Positions 52,528-64,000 of a stretch of 64,000 nucleotides of DNA are shown here, in pieces. The translations under genes and the position numbers were made by a program. The notes under the pieces are model-generated. The model was not told where the DNA came from. It saw nothing but the letters and a program-made list of their open reading frames with translations, and ran no database searches. Each line of letters starts with the position of its first letter. Position 1 is the first letter of the stretch. This stretch comes from Mytilus californianus. Lineage: Eukaryota. Location: NCBI RefSeq assembly GCF_021869535.1, contig NW_026262679.1:4216001-4280000 (forward strand). Reading direction: 5' to 3'.

Positions 52528-52710
52528 TTTAGATTTTAAGAAAATATAATTGTAAATAAAAACCTGTAAATTATACTTTAATAGACATTAAAATAATTAA
52601 AATTCAGAACTGCAGTAGTTATGTTTTTGAACAGTTATGAGTTTTATTATTTGTTCCATTTTTGCACATCCGTTATATATAGTATACCAGTTGTTTTGTT
52701 TTACTTTCAG

Positions 52711-52955
52711 GACCAAAGCTGCAATCTTATGTCGGTGATTGTTGTGTTATAGTGAAAACTCCATCAGGTAGACCCTACATTGATCACATTCACTCACAGT
52801 TAGGTATAGCTGTTGGCGGGAATGGATACGCAGCAAAGTCATGCGATGAAATTGGTCGACTTGCCGCCTTGTTAGTAATGGAAAATAAATGGGATACTAC
52901 CCTTCCAAAAGGCTCGTTTAATGTCAAATATAAGACAGAAGGAAGTAAATTATAA
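52711..52955 (+). CDS. Sarcosine oxidase-like paralogue 2, exon 6 (terminal)
   Basis: ...GDCCVIVKTPSGRPYID...VGGNGYAAKSCDEIGRLAA...TEGSKL*. Canonical PTS1 SKL. Confidence 0.94.
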
Positions 52956-53349
52956 TAAAAGTAGATTTTACTAAAAAAACACACAACTGTCTTCTTCATT
53001 TTTAGTTCCAGGTTTGTGAAACGAGTGCTGATTTTATCACCCCTCCCCAAGAAAATAAACCCCAAAACCCACCTCCTTTAAGATAAATGAAAAGTGAATT
53101 ATTGAATAAATGATTTACAGAATAAGAGAGTTCTGCATCAGTAGATTTAGCCAGAAATATAGACGAATCACAGCAATGTTTTCTCTCTCAAGAAAGTCAC
53201 TCTCTCCTCTGGTAATACATTCTTGTGAAAAAGGACATTCATCAAAAGCATCACAGTAAATTCGAAATTCTTTAAATTCTTTTTTACCCTCCACAAAATA
53301 AGTTTCTATAATTCTTTGCTGACCAGTACTTTTCCAAAATGCTTATGCA

Positions 53350-53950
53350 TTTTTGTCTCGCCCTGAGGAAGTCGAAAAAACGAGACTTGGGTGTGATGTT
53401 TCAAGCGGCTGTGGCAAACATATTAGTTTGTTATTAGGTCAGTTTTACAGGGAACCAGTAGTGGTAGATCTATGATATATTTGATATGAAGTTGCATTAC
53501 CATTGGATCATCTCATTTACATGTAGATAATTTGGTGCTCCCTCAGTCATGATCTGATGACTTTGGAACTTTTGGCGAGTTTAAATGTTAAAGTTTGGGA
53601 TAACAAATGTAGGTCAGTTTAAGGGGAACCACTAGTTGTAGGTCTGTGATATTCAGTGATATGTAATTGTATTAGCATTGGCACATCTCATTTCCATAAA
53701 AATACTTTGGCCTATCCCCCTCAGTCATGGTATATTGCCTTTGAAACTCTTACATAGCTGGTTTACATATTAAAATTAGTTATTATGTCAGCTTAAGATG
53801 AGCTTCTAATGCAGTTGTATTAACATGTCCGTGCATTTCCATGGAGATATATGGTCTTATGCACCTCCTTATCATGGTTCATTGATTTTACAACTTTTGC
53901 ATAGTTTACTAGTTAAGATTCGTGTTAAGAACAGTTAAAAAGAAACCACT
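53350..53950 (+). mobile_element. Helentron-like (HINE) remnant with ~160-bp internal repeats
   Basis: Starts ttttgtctcgcc...gagact. Repeated gggaaccagtagtggtagatc / ccctcagtcatg blocks. Confidence 0.5.
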
Positions 53951-56900
53951 CATCGATAAGCCAATGTATCTGATATGCAGTTGTATAAGGGTATGACCAT
54001 TTGATATTCGGAGAGGGGGGGGGGGGGGGGGGGGTCATTTATTTCATTATTGCTACGCATGCTTATTTATTTGAAGCATGAACATTATTTTCACTTTTGT
54101 ACACATTTGACTCCTGCATTTTGTGTTGCAGAAAATTCATTGTGCAAGTTATATATTTTCTGTTTTTACCAGGCCATGTTATTTATTTTCAAAATTATCC
54201 CTCCCAGAAAATATAATGGTCATCCTCTTAGTATTGGCATTTCTTATTTTCACGAAGGTTATTTGGCCCTGTACCTTCAGTAATGGTTCATGTCTTTAAA
54301 TGTTTTGCACAGTTTACACATGTGGAGCATGATCTGCTTACTCTTCCGGAGACCTGAGGTCACACCCAGTTTTTTGTTGGGTTCGTGTTGCTCAGTCTTT
54401 AGTTTTCTATGTTGTATTTTGTATACTGTTGTTTATCTCTTGATCGTTTTTATATTTTTGCCATGGCATTGTCAGTTTGTTTTCGAGTAATGAGTTTGAA
54501 TGTTTCTTTGGTATATTTTGCCTCTCTTTTATACTAGCTTCAGCGTATTGCCATTTTAATTTCAATTTTTGCGTTATACCTTCAAAATAACTTATAGGCA
54601 GTATTAGCGGTTAGTTTGTTCTTGATTCGCATGTTCTCGTATTTGTATTTTCTGTAAAAAGTAAAATAACAAAAAATACCGAATTGCAAGGAAAATTCAA
54701 AAGTCCAAATGGCAAAATCAAAAGCTCATACACATCAAACGAATGGAAAACGATATGCTGAAATATTGAACGGTGAAAAACACGTATAAATGAACATGTT
54801 CTTAAACTTTTCCAAAGACATTATCCTCGTCAGTGGTTAATTTTTTTTATTTCTTGATGTTTTGTGTTTTAGGATGGTTGGTGTTGAAAGCAAATCGATT
54901 GATAATCTCAGTTAAATCCATTCACAACTTTTCGAAATGGGGCTATTTAGAGTTTGATATATTCTGTAGACACTTGTATATTGTTAGAGACGATATTATT
55001 GACCTCTAAATTTCTTTCTTTGTTATAAATTAACTATCGCATCGTTGGGTTGCTGTTTCATTTAAATATTCCCCATGTCTCCTTTTATTAGCGACCATGT
55101 CTGCATGGTGACAGCGTACAAAAGCTAAACAAAATAAAAGGTTGCCAAGCCATGAAACAGTTTCTACCAAAGAATCACATAGGATATGTTTTCTGCACAT
55201 TTGATCTGAACATTTCAGTATCTTGGGAAGGAAAAATAACGATTTCACTTCATACAATGTGAATACCTAAAAAGAAAAAAAAATATAAAAAATCCAATTA
55301 TAACATTAAACAATAACTACCAGTTCACGACGGCAGTCAATGCATGTTTCGGTGCTGGCATGCATGATATGTGATGCATTTTATCCATGAAATAAGATGC
55401 AACTCTTTGAGAGAAAAAAAGTTGGTCTTAACCGATTTAGGCTTTCTGTTTAGGCCTCTGCTTCTTGTGTTCTCATGATATAGTTGGTTTATCGAGCGTA
55501 CCCGATGAAGGTTAATCCTGAAACATGTGCTGTACAGAAATCACACCAATCGTTTTTATCACACCTTTACCGGTACTGTTACTAGAGGATAACTATTCCC
55601 CAAGGGTATCATCCGACCCAGTTGCCAATACGTCAGTCATTACATGGTTTAAATGATGCATTTTGTTCTAAACATTTCATATACGTACGTGTTTATTATA
55701 AAACTAAAGTTGGAAGTCCTCTAGACAAAGTTGACCTTGGATAGGTTTGACTGTTCTGCATACGTTATTTTGGTTTTATTGCCCTCAAACGTTATGCATT
55801 TGCTTTCTAAAACTCGAGACTATGTCTATAGACTATAGAAATCCTGAAGCAAGGCTGTCCGAAGGAAATATTCGAAAATCCATACATGACAATCCAATAT
55901 AAAAATAAGAAGATTTGGTATGATTGTCGATGAGACAACTTAATTTCCACGAAAGACCAAATGACGTAAAAGTTAGCAACTATAGGTCAACGTACGGCTC
56001 TCAACAATTAGCAAAACCCCGATATGACAAATGTAAAAAAAGGAAAACGGAAAAAACTGCCTGATCTATGTACAAAACAATTAACAAAAAACAAATATGA
56101 TATACAGCAACAAACGACAACCACCGAATTACAGGCTCCCGACTTGGGATATGCGCATACAGAATTTTGCGGTGTTCAACATTTTTGGGGTGCCCAACCG
56201 TAACCTGAGACAGTGATGCAACAGCACAGCACAAGAACAAACTGTAAAAAAAATAAACGAAAAAGAACTATGGCATACAGCAACCAACCATAACCACTGA
56301 ATTACAGGCTCCTGACTTGGGATAGGTACATACAGAATGTGTGGTTATTCGACATGTGTGCGAGCGCCCAACCCTCTCCTGACCTTGGACAGTGATGCAA
56401 CAGAAAAACACAAGAACAAACTTTAAAAATCAGTCGAAAAATACTTGACTCGTCAGATCGACACAAAGCAACAAAAAACAAAGCAAAAATCACCTAACAA
56501 AAAGAACTCGCAGTTACTAAAAGCGTGTCCGAAGGAACTTCTTTAATTACGAATATCGGGAGAAATGACAAACAGGTCAATATAGAAAAAAGTTAGCAAA
56601 ATCTCTATATTTTATCGTTGTAATTGGATATTTCAGTGATATTGTAAAAGCTACCAAAGGGACCATCATAATTCATAAGTCGAAGAAACCGTAAATATAA
56701 CTATCCTACCCGTGTCAACAGCATAAAGGGGAACTTTTAGATTTACATTGAATCCTGTGTAAATTAATTTCTTCATAAGACAAGTCATTTATCAAACAAA
56801 TAATCTGACAGAAGAACAAAGTCAAAATTTTAAGAAAAATTAATATCTTTCATCTAAAAGCACAAATATACATGAAATGTTGTGTTGATTTACAACAAAG

Positions 56901-57297
56901 GAGTCTTATCAGAATGACAAACATTTGAAAGCACTAATGGGCAAAATGCACTATACAGAAGGGGGCAGGGGTCGCGGTCCCCCCCCCCCCCTCATATGGA
57001 GCTAAATATATGATAAATGCATATACTTTTTACAAGCATCAGTCCAAATGTTGGCTAACGTTTGTATAAAGGTATATAGAGACAAGACTTAAGTGCCCGT
57101 GGTTCGACTCGTATATGAGTGACTTTTTCATCTTTTTCACATTCAACTACAAAATGCATCACATGTACGCACATGTATGTTATCAGACATCCTCGGTATC
57201 AACTTTGCTGTATTTGACAAAACTTTACGAAATTTTTGGTTCTCATTGCTCTCCAATTTCGTAATTTATTCGGCATTTAACACTTTTTTGATTCGAG

Positions 57298-57339
57298 CGT
57301 CACTGATGAGTCTTTTGTAGACGAAACGCGCTCTTGGCG
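57298..57339 (+). ncRNA. Hammerhead motif with intact CUGAUGA/GAAA but disrupted cleavage triplet
   Basis: cgtca CTGATGA gtc ttttgta gac GAAA c gcgc tct tggcg. Confidence 0.75.
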
Positions 57340-57794
57340 TACAAAGTTATAAGCCTGGTTTCTTTTATGAGTTTTTTTTTTTGCATGTGAACAGGAATGA
57401 AATCTTTAATTATCATTCAAACAGTATGAGATCCCATAACAACGCATTCCACTTATTGAAATTTAAAAAACTGTTTGCATTTCGACAGTATACTAGTAAG
57501 CTTATGTGAAAACAAGATCTATCATCTGCCGCAGCACAGTTTCGTGAAGAGCGACTTCTGTCGGACCATCGGACTTTCGGATTAACAGATTGTCGGACTA
57601 TCGTACCGTCAGACTATTGGACCGTCGGACTAACAGTCTGTCGGAATTTCGGGGTGTCGAATTAAAGCTACGCTCCTCGTCAGGCATTGTCTCTTGTGCC
57701 TTCAAAATTTTACGGGAACCTCTGTGAAGTCCGGTAATGGCGGACAAATAGCGATAATGTGTAAAACACAGATGGGTAGGTTCATTATAACATA

Positions 57795-58560
57795 GAATAG
57801 AATAGTGTTTTATTGCTAGTCACAGTGCCCAAAGCTGAGCTGAATAATTACATTAAATCTATATACAACGATTGAAATGATTACAATGATTTAATGAACA
57901 ATTGGAAGATGAAACCCCCCCCCCCCCCCCCAAAAAAAAAACAACAAATCAAAGTCTAAACTTTCAATCAAAACCAGCTATAAAATCAGATGAACTGAAT
58001 ATATTAAGTACAGTAACCCAGTTTCATAATACCGACAAGCTGGAACAATTTAAACCCACCTGCCACTTTTAGCTATAGTTGTAATAAAGGATTACTATAA
58101 TTTCATATGAAAAAACTATCAATTGACTATAATTGTAGGAATTCCTGTCTTTTTTTTAAATAGTAAGACTAGATATTCCTTTTAAGGTTTAATAATCTTG
58201 GGATCCTCATAGCGCATAAGCCAGACAAACTTAGACTCTTCAGTTAATGCTTTTATATTAGGCACCCGTTATTCTATATATGCTAAAATTTGCTTGCGCT
58301 CTTTGTCATATTTTGGACATTTAAGTAAAAAGTGTATTTCATCTTCGATGTTATTTTTACAAAGTGGACATTTTCTATCATGCACATCTAAATTTTCTAT
58401 TGCTAATTTATGCGCACTTAGTCGAAATATAGAGATTATATATGTCTTTGTTCATTATTTAATTTAAATATATGGCTCACATTTAAATTGAGATTTAAAC
58501 AATCTATATGTACGCATATTTTTTTTTCTTATAACCATCTCTCAAATCAGAAAATATTTC
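57795..58560 (-). mobile_element. 3' fragment of a LINE (CR1/L2-group, Crack/Daphne-like)
   Basis: RTYRLFKSQFKCEPYIK...FRLSAHKLAIE...RKCPLCKNNIEDEIHFLLKCPKY, ending AATAAA followed by an (ttcta)n tail. Confidence 0.8.
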
Positions 58561-59821
58561 AATTTTCTAATTAGTTATAAATTGTAATCTCAACTGTGAA
58601 AAAAATATTTTTTTAAATTTATATTTTGAGAATTTGTAAGTATCTTTATTAGATGTAAAAAAAATAAAATTGAGAGGATGTTTCCTAGCCATGATAATTT
58701 GCCCTGCTCATGTAACTCTGAGGATTCCTGCATCGATGCAGATAGTAATCTATCACTATGTTTTTTCCTAAATATTTCCAGTATTTTAACATATTGTATA
58801 TTGTTTCTAGAAAAAATGGATAACGACCAATCTCTCAAAATTAGTTTGTTTATACACATCTTTAATGACATTATATTAAAAATAAGAAGATGTGGTATGA
58901 TTGCCAATGAAACAACTATCCACCCAAATTCAAATAAAGTGGATGTAAGCAATTATAGGCAACCGTACGGCCTTCAACAATGAGAAAAACTCATACCGTA
59001 TAGTCGGCTATAAAAGGCCCCGACATGAAAAATATGAAACAATTCAATTGAGAAAACTAACGCCATAATTTATAACAAAACAATTTACGAAATACAAATA
59101 TGACAGACATGAACCAATGACAACCAATAAACGACAGGCTCCTGATTTGGGACAGGCACATAAAGAATGTGGTGGGGATAAACATGTTTATGAGCGCTCA
59201 ACCCCCGACAGGCTCCTAATTTGGGACAGGCACATAAAGAATGTGGTGGGGATAAACATGTTTATGAGCGCTCAACCCCCCTTACCTGGGACAGTGGTGT
59301 AACAGCACAACATAACATCAAACTATGAAATCAGATGAAAAAGGTTTAACTCATCAGATCGATACAAAGCAGAAAAAACATCATACAAAATCACAGATCG
59401 GACGTGGCAGGGTCTTTATCCATCCCTTATCTCATATTCCAATGCTTCGTAACTCATAAATCGATAGAGATAAAAACAAATCCGGGTTACAAACTAAAAC
59501 TGAGGGAACGCATCAAATATAAGAGGAGAACAACGACACAACAAAAACACAACATTAAAATGTAACACACACAGAAACGAACTATAATATAACAATGGCC
59601 ATTTTCCTGACTTGGTACAGGACATTTTAATAAAAAAATGGTGGGTTGAACCTGGTTTTGTGGCATGCCAAACCTCCCGCTTTTATGGCAACGTCAAACA
59701 CAACACCAAAACGACAACATCACATGACAGGACCACAATACAAATAAATGGGAGAACATATAGGACAAAGAAACACACGAATAATAGCTAACAAAAGGTA
59801 CTATAGGCTTAAAATTCAATA

Positions 59822-59863
59822 CGCCAGACGTGCGTCTCGTCCACACAAGACCAACCAGTGACG
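59822..59863 (-). ncRNA. Degenerate hammerhead motif (CUGGUUG core)
   Basis: Minus strand: cgtca CTGGTTG gtc ttgtgtg gac GAGA c gcac GTC tggcg, within a repeat at ~59330-59950. Confidence 0.6.
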
Positions 59864-60232
59864 CTCAGATGAAAAAAGTTTGAAAGCCAAAACAAGTACA
59901 AAGCTGAAGAGCACCGAGGACCAAAACTTCCAAAAAGTTGCGCCTAACACTTTTAAAACGTGAAAAAAAACACGAAAATAACTAAAATTAACAGAAAAAA
60001 CGAATTTCTTGGGGGAAAAGCAAAACAATTGTTCTGTCCCCAAGTACCTGTGCAAATATTAATTGAGAATTAAATGCAAATATCAGACATGAACAAATAC
60101 CACAACATAGGAGATTATTGTATAACAATACGTTTCCCGCGCTTTTCTATTTATAGTTAAGTACTTTCGATATGAAATCGAAACCGAAAGTAATTTCCAT
60201 ACGGAATTCCTCGTACTTTATCCAGTCTGTCA

Positions 60233-60391
60233 ATGAATTTTATATACAAGATTCCCGCCAGTATAACACGGCGTTATTTTTGCAATATTTACAGAAATAT
60301 GTCTTCAAACGGAGGAGATGCGTCACCGACGAAGAAACCAAAGCTTGTCAATGATGACAAAAGTAAAAGATTTGTTTGGGTCGATTTGGAG
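60233..60391 (+). CDS. REXO2: Oligoribonuclease REXO2/Orn, exon 1
   Basis: In-frame ATGs at 60233 and 60299: MNFIYKIPASITRRYFCNIYRN-MSSNGGDASPTKKPKLVNDDKSKRFVWVDLE. The DEDDh ExoI motif WVDLE ends at a GT donor, phase 0. Confidence 0.88.
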
Positions 60392-60599
60392 GTGTGTAAA
60401 TATATATGACCATATATCGCTCGGTGTATGCACAGTAGTCAGTATATGCCAATATGGACACTGAATCGATTATATTTTATTTCCAATAAGGAGCCCTTGT
60501 GGGGCATACAGATACATACATAATAAAGCAATGCAAAATGCAAAATATCCTCTATCCTCTTTTTTGTAGATAGAAAGTTTGCTCCTGTAAAACTGCATT

Positions 60600-61900
60600 A
60601 CTTGATATTATTGAGATATATACTTTTGATAGTCTAATTAAACCTATTTTCACATATGGTAATGAAATATGGTTATCCGATTATAACATAAATTTAAATA
60701 ATTTTGACAATCTACCAATTGATAAATTACAACACAAGATGTTGAAATCTATTCTGGGAGTCAAAAGACAGTCATCAAATATGGCTAGTAGACTTGAATG
60801 TAACAGGAATCCAATGTTGATTTTCTCATTATGTTTAATGTATAACTATTATATGAGACTACTTAAAATAAATAGAGATAGAATATTATATAGTGCATTT
60901 ACTGCAGATCAAGAATTATCTCAAGAAAACTCAAAATGCTGGTTTTCTACCCTAAATAAAGTATTTAAAGTACTTAAACTTGATACAAAAAATTTGACAA
61001 ATAATAGTGTTTTTAAAAATAGTCTAATAAGATACTATAATCAACAATCTGACTCACAACCACAAAAAATCAAATCAGGAGCTGTGGACAGTAAACTGAT
61101 GTTTTTCAGTAATATTTTTGTTCCAAATTTTGTTCCCTCCTATCTTCAAACCAATCTTACCAAAAATATAAAAAGTAAAATTACACAAATATGTATCAGT
61201 GCTCATTGTTTATATATAGAACGGGGTAGATATAATAAACCCAAAATTCCATCAGAACAACGTTTTTGCAAATTTTGCACTGAAGTAGAGACAGAAGAAC
61301 ATTTTTTTATATCATTTTGTGATAGATATAAAGATATAAGGCAAACTTTTTTCCAATCTTATGGTTTAGATTTGAAAGATTCACATAATAATTATTTTTC
61401 AGTTTCTAAACTTTTTAATCCACAAAATATTACTGAATGTAATTATTTATACAAATTTATTAGAGATGCATTATAAATAAGAAACAATTCTTAAAATTAT
61501 GGGTACAATTGTATTATTTATAGATTATCGTTGGTTATCTCAACGAGATTGATTTTCTCGCTTGAGCCGGTACGTGGAAAGCGAGAAAAGCAATCGAGTT
61601 GAGATGACCAATGTTAATCTGTTTATCGCTATTTTACCTATGAAGACATTGTTAATTTCCTTGACAACGGCATATGTTCCCTTAGTTTCTAGCGATAATT
61701 TTCATATCACTCAACTCCGCTGAGAACGGGAATTATCAGTCAACAAGATCAAAGGAAACATTCGTAAAATAGCGATAATATTATATATATACTACATGTG
61801 AAACTTTGAAATGTTGTTTTGTATATTATCATATGATTTGTAATGGAGAACACTAATGTACTATTAGTTATCTTAATAAAGAATCTAATCTTATCTATAA
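60600..61900 (+). mobile_element. 3' part of a LINE (CR1/L2-group) in REXO2 intron 1
   Basis: FDSLIKPIFTYGNEIW...ISAHCLYIERGRY...EQRFCKFCTEVETEEHFF..CDRY. The 3' end is aataaagaatctaatcttatct. Interrupted at 61524-61779. Confidence 0.85.
61524..61779. mobile_element. Small non-autonomous element made of two inverted-repeat modules
   Basis: Long imperfect hairpin at 61525-61618, plus a second IR pair tttatcgctattttac (61622) / gtaaaatagcgataa (61764-61778). Confidence 0.6.
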
Positions 61901-62536
61901 AGATCTATAAAATTTGAAATCTGGTGAACAATTTTTTGGCATTCAGAGTGCTATCCTAGTCCAAATAATTATGAGGTCTTTCAATCTATTTTAAATTTTG
62001 TGAAGCTAGAATTCACAGCAAAAAATTAAAATAACTTCATAGACGTCATAATTATTTGGACTAATGGAAGTCCATGACTGAATCAAATAAAATTGAGAAT
62101 GGAAATGGGGAATGTGTCAAAGAGACAACAACCCAACAAAAGAGCAGAAAACAGCCGAAGGCCACAAATGGGTCTTCAATACAGGGAGAAAATTCTGCAC
62201 CCGGAGGCGGGCTTCAGCTGGCCCCTAGACAAAATGTGTACTAGTTCAGTGAGAATGGAGGTCACACTAAACTCCAAAACATATAAATGAACTAAAATTA
62301 AAAAACATTCAAGACTAACACAAAAAAACTTTATCAGAGCCTCTGAGGGCAAACGAGCGGTAGTGGTCAAAGAACAGAGAATGTTGTCTTGGTCTTGGGT
62401 CCTAGTCTGTTTTTATACAACATAAATGTCATACCAACACACTCTACTGTTCGTCTGTTTGCAGATTTTACAAATGCCTTTCTTGCCATTATTAAATAAA
62501 GTCAACATCAGTTGCTTTAACACTGCAAAATACTAT

Positions 62537-62700
62537 TGTAACAGGAGGGGGTCAGTGTTGACACCTCCCAGAACTTGTAGTGGCAAGTACTTCGTCCCTA
62601 TGCGATCATCGGGATACCTGATATCAGATTTTGGCTGAACAGAGACGCAAATCAAATAGAACTCAACAATTTATTTACAAATGTACAACATTCAAATAAA
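62537..62700 (-). mobile_element. Possible LTR 3' (R-U5) fragment
   Basis: The minus strand has AATAAA and ends ...cccctcctgttaCA. No partner LTR or TSD found. Confidence 0.3.
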
Positions 62701-63645
62701 ACATAGTAAAATGAAACAAAAAAAGAAGAGTATTTCAAAAGTGAAGTTCAAAAATGAAATGTAATTAAATAGTAATAGTTTGCAAACAAAATGAATTCAA
62801 TTAAAATAGTAATTCAAAAACTAAGTTTCTAAAGTAAATGCAATTGTATTTAGAATTAAAAAAATCATTTAAAAATACGGCAAATATAGTTGCTGTTTTA
62901 TAACTGGAGTGGAATCAAACCGGAGCAACTTCTGATTATGAATAATAATAATAAATTTCGAATTTATTTTCAACCTATTGTTGCACCATCATATATTCAA
63001 TTGTTGTTTAATTATTTAATACTTCCTTTGTGTGAATATGCCATTCTGTATACCTTTGTTCATACATGTTGTGCTAGTCTATTTGTTACAATAAAGAAAA
63101 TTCATTATAAAAAAAAACTTCTGATTATGTTTCAAGTAAAAACTTATCACTTTCTAAAATATATTAAAAGACAGTATTGAAGAAATATTGAATAAATGAA
63201 TATTCATCAAATATATATATATAGAGACATGAAATTTGAATACTTTTATAGTTAAATCACTAAAGCTACTTTGTGTTGTAGAATGTTTGAATTAAAATTA
63301 AAAAATAAACATTTAATTAAGAAATTACTAATTTGAAACTTTTAAAGGAAGACTATCAAATCACATCCATTACACTCTAAACAAATTCTGTATGGAAACA
63401 TCTTGGCAAACAGCTATTCATCCTGACAAGAACAAAACAAGTTTGACAATATGCACAAGTGTAGTCTGAATACAAATTCTAATGCAATCTTTATGTAAGA
63501 TTTTCTTTCATTGACTAAAATTTACAGTCATAATGTTATCCAAAATGGAGTAAAAATCAACAAAGTTTTATTGACATGGTGAATAAATAGAGAAAATCAG
63601 AAAAAAAATGATAATATAGAAAATTGGTATTGATATTTTTTGCAG

Positions 63646-63729
63646 ATGACTGGATTAGATATTGAAAAGGAACACATTATAGAGATGGCATGTCTTGTTA
63701 CAGATGCTGAACTCAATGTTGTAGCTGAG
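63646..63729 (+). CDS. REXO2: Oligoribonuclease REXO2/Orn, exon 2 (gene continues beyond window)
   Basis: ttttttgcAG acceptor, [34 protein letters not shown] donor. Joined to exon 1 it gives WVDLEMTGLD, the Orn signature. Confidence 0.95.
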
Positions 63730-64000
63730 GTAAATATACTGTGTAATTGTCACATCAACAACCAGCAATCATTCGTAGGTTAGATCAAAGTTTTCTGTGT
63801 TTTGACTCCGATTTGCTTGTAGGTTTTTGATGGTCTTAAGTTTAATAAAAACCAAATACAAAAACTATATTTCAGAAAATGTCAGTGAATGTTTTGAAAA
63901 TAAAAGAATAACTTTTTAAAGGGACATTTGAACTTGAGTCTTATGAATGATGTTAATCATAATGTGGTTCAAAATGAAAACTTTACATACTGGCGAGTAG

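Noticed and set aside
59132-59280. 74-bp tandem duplication as a distinct feature
   Set aside because: It is an internal duplication within a common dispersed repeat; similar doublings occur at ~11930-12200 and ~56130-56420.
60739-61476. Independent 245-aa host gene
   Set aside because: It is the C-terminal part of a LINE ORF2, 5'-truncated and lying in REXO2 intron 1.
7761-63180. Remaining 60-120 aa ORFs in the supplied track
   Set aside because: They have no recognisable domains, many use non-ATG starts, and they are Phe/Ile/Lys-rich as expected from AT-rich non-coding DNA or antisense to real exons and TEs.

Overview
AT-rich eukaryotic DNA with spliceosomal GT-AG introns and very dense repeats. 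It is most likely from a bivalve mollusc; Mytilus is my inference from the repeat families and hammerhead motifs. Most ORFs in the supplied track are spurious. Four spliced genes can be reconstructed by hand. (1) The first four coding exons of a CRTC/TORC CREB coactivator lie on the minus strand and run off the left edge. (2, 3) Two complete, tandem, six-exon paralogues encode FAD-dependent sarcosine-oxidase-like flavoproteins (421 and 418 aa) ending in peroxisomal PTS1 signals (CKL, SKL). (4) The first two exons of oligoribonuclease REXO2 have two in-frame starts. Introns and intergenic DNA hold nested mobile elements: two decayed Penelope-like elements with the GIY-YIG endonuclease upstream of the RT (Naiad/Chlamys architecture), a Harbinger (32-bp TIRs, TTA TSD), a Ginger2-type transposon (TGT..ACA ends, TATA TSD), Gypsy pol and LINE relics, MITEs, Helentron-like repeats and a tRNA-derived SINE. 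The most notable non-coding signals are about ten minimal type I hammerhead ribozyme motifs in several covarying families (two predicted intact), an approximately 8-kb head-to-head inverted duplication built from a hammerhead-bearing Penelope-derived unit plus Gypsy sequence, and a 14 x 57-bp minisatellite derived from a Penelope-associated repeat. All calls come from reading and translating by eye; no searches were run.
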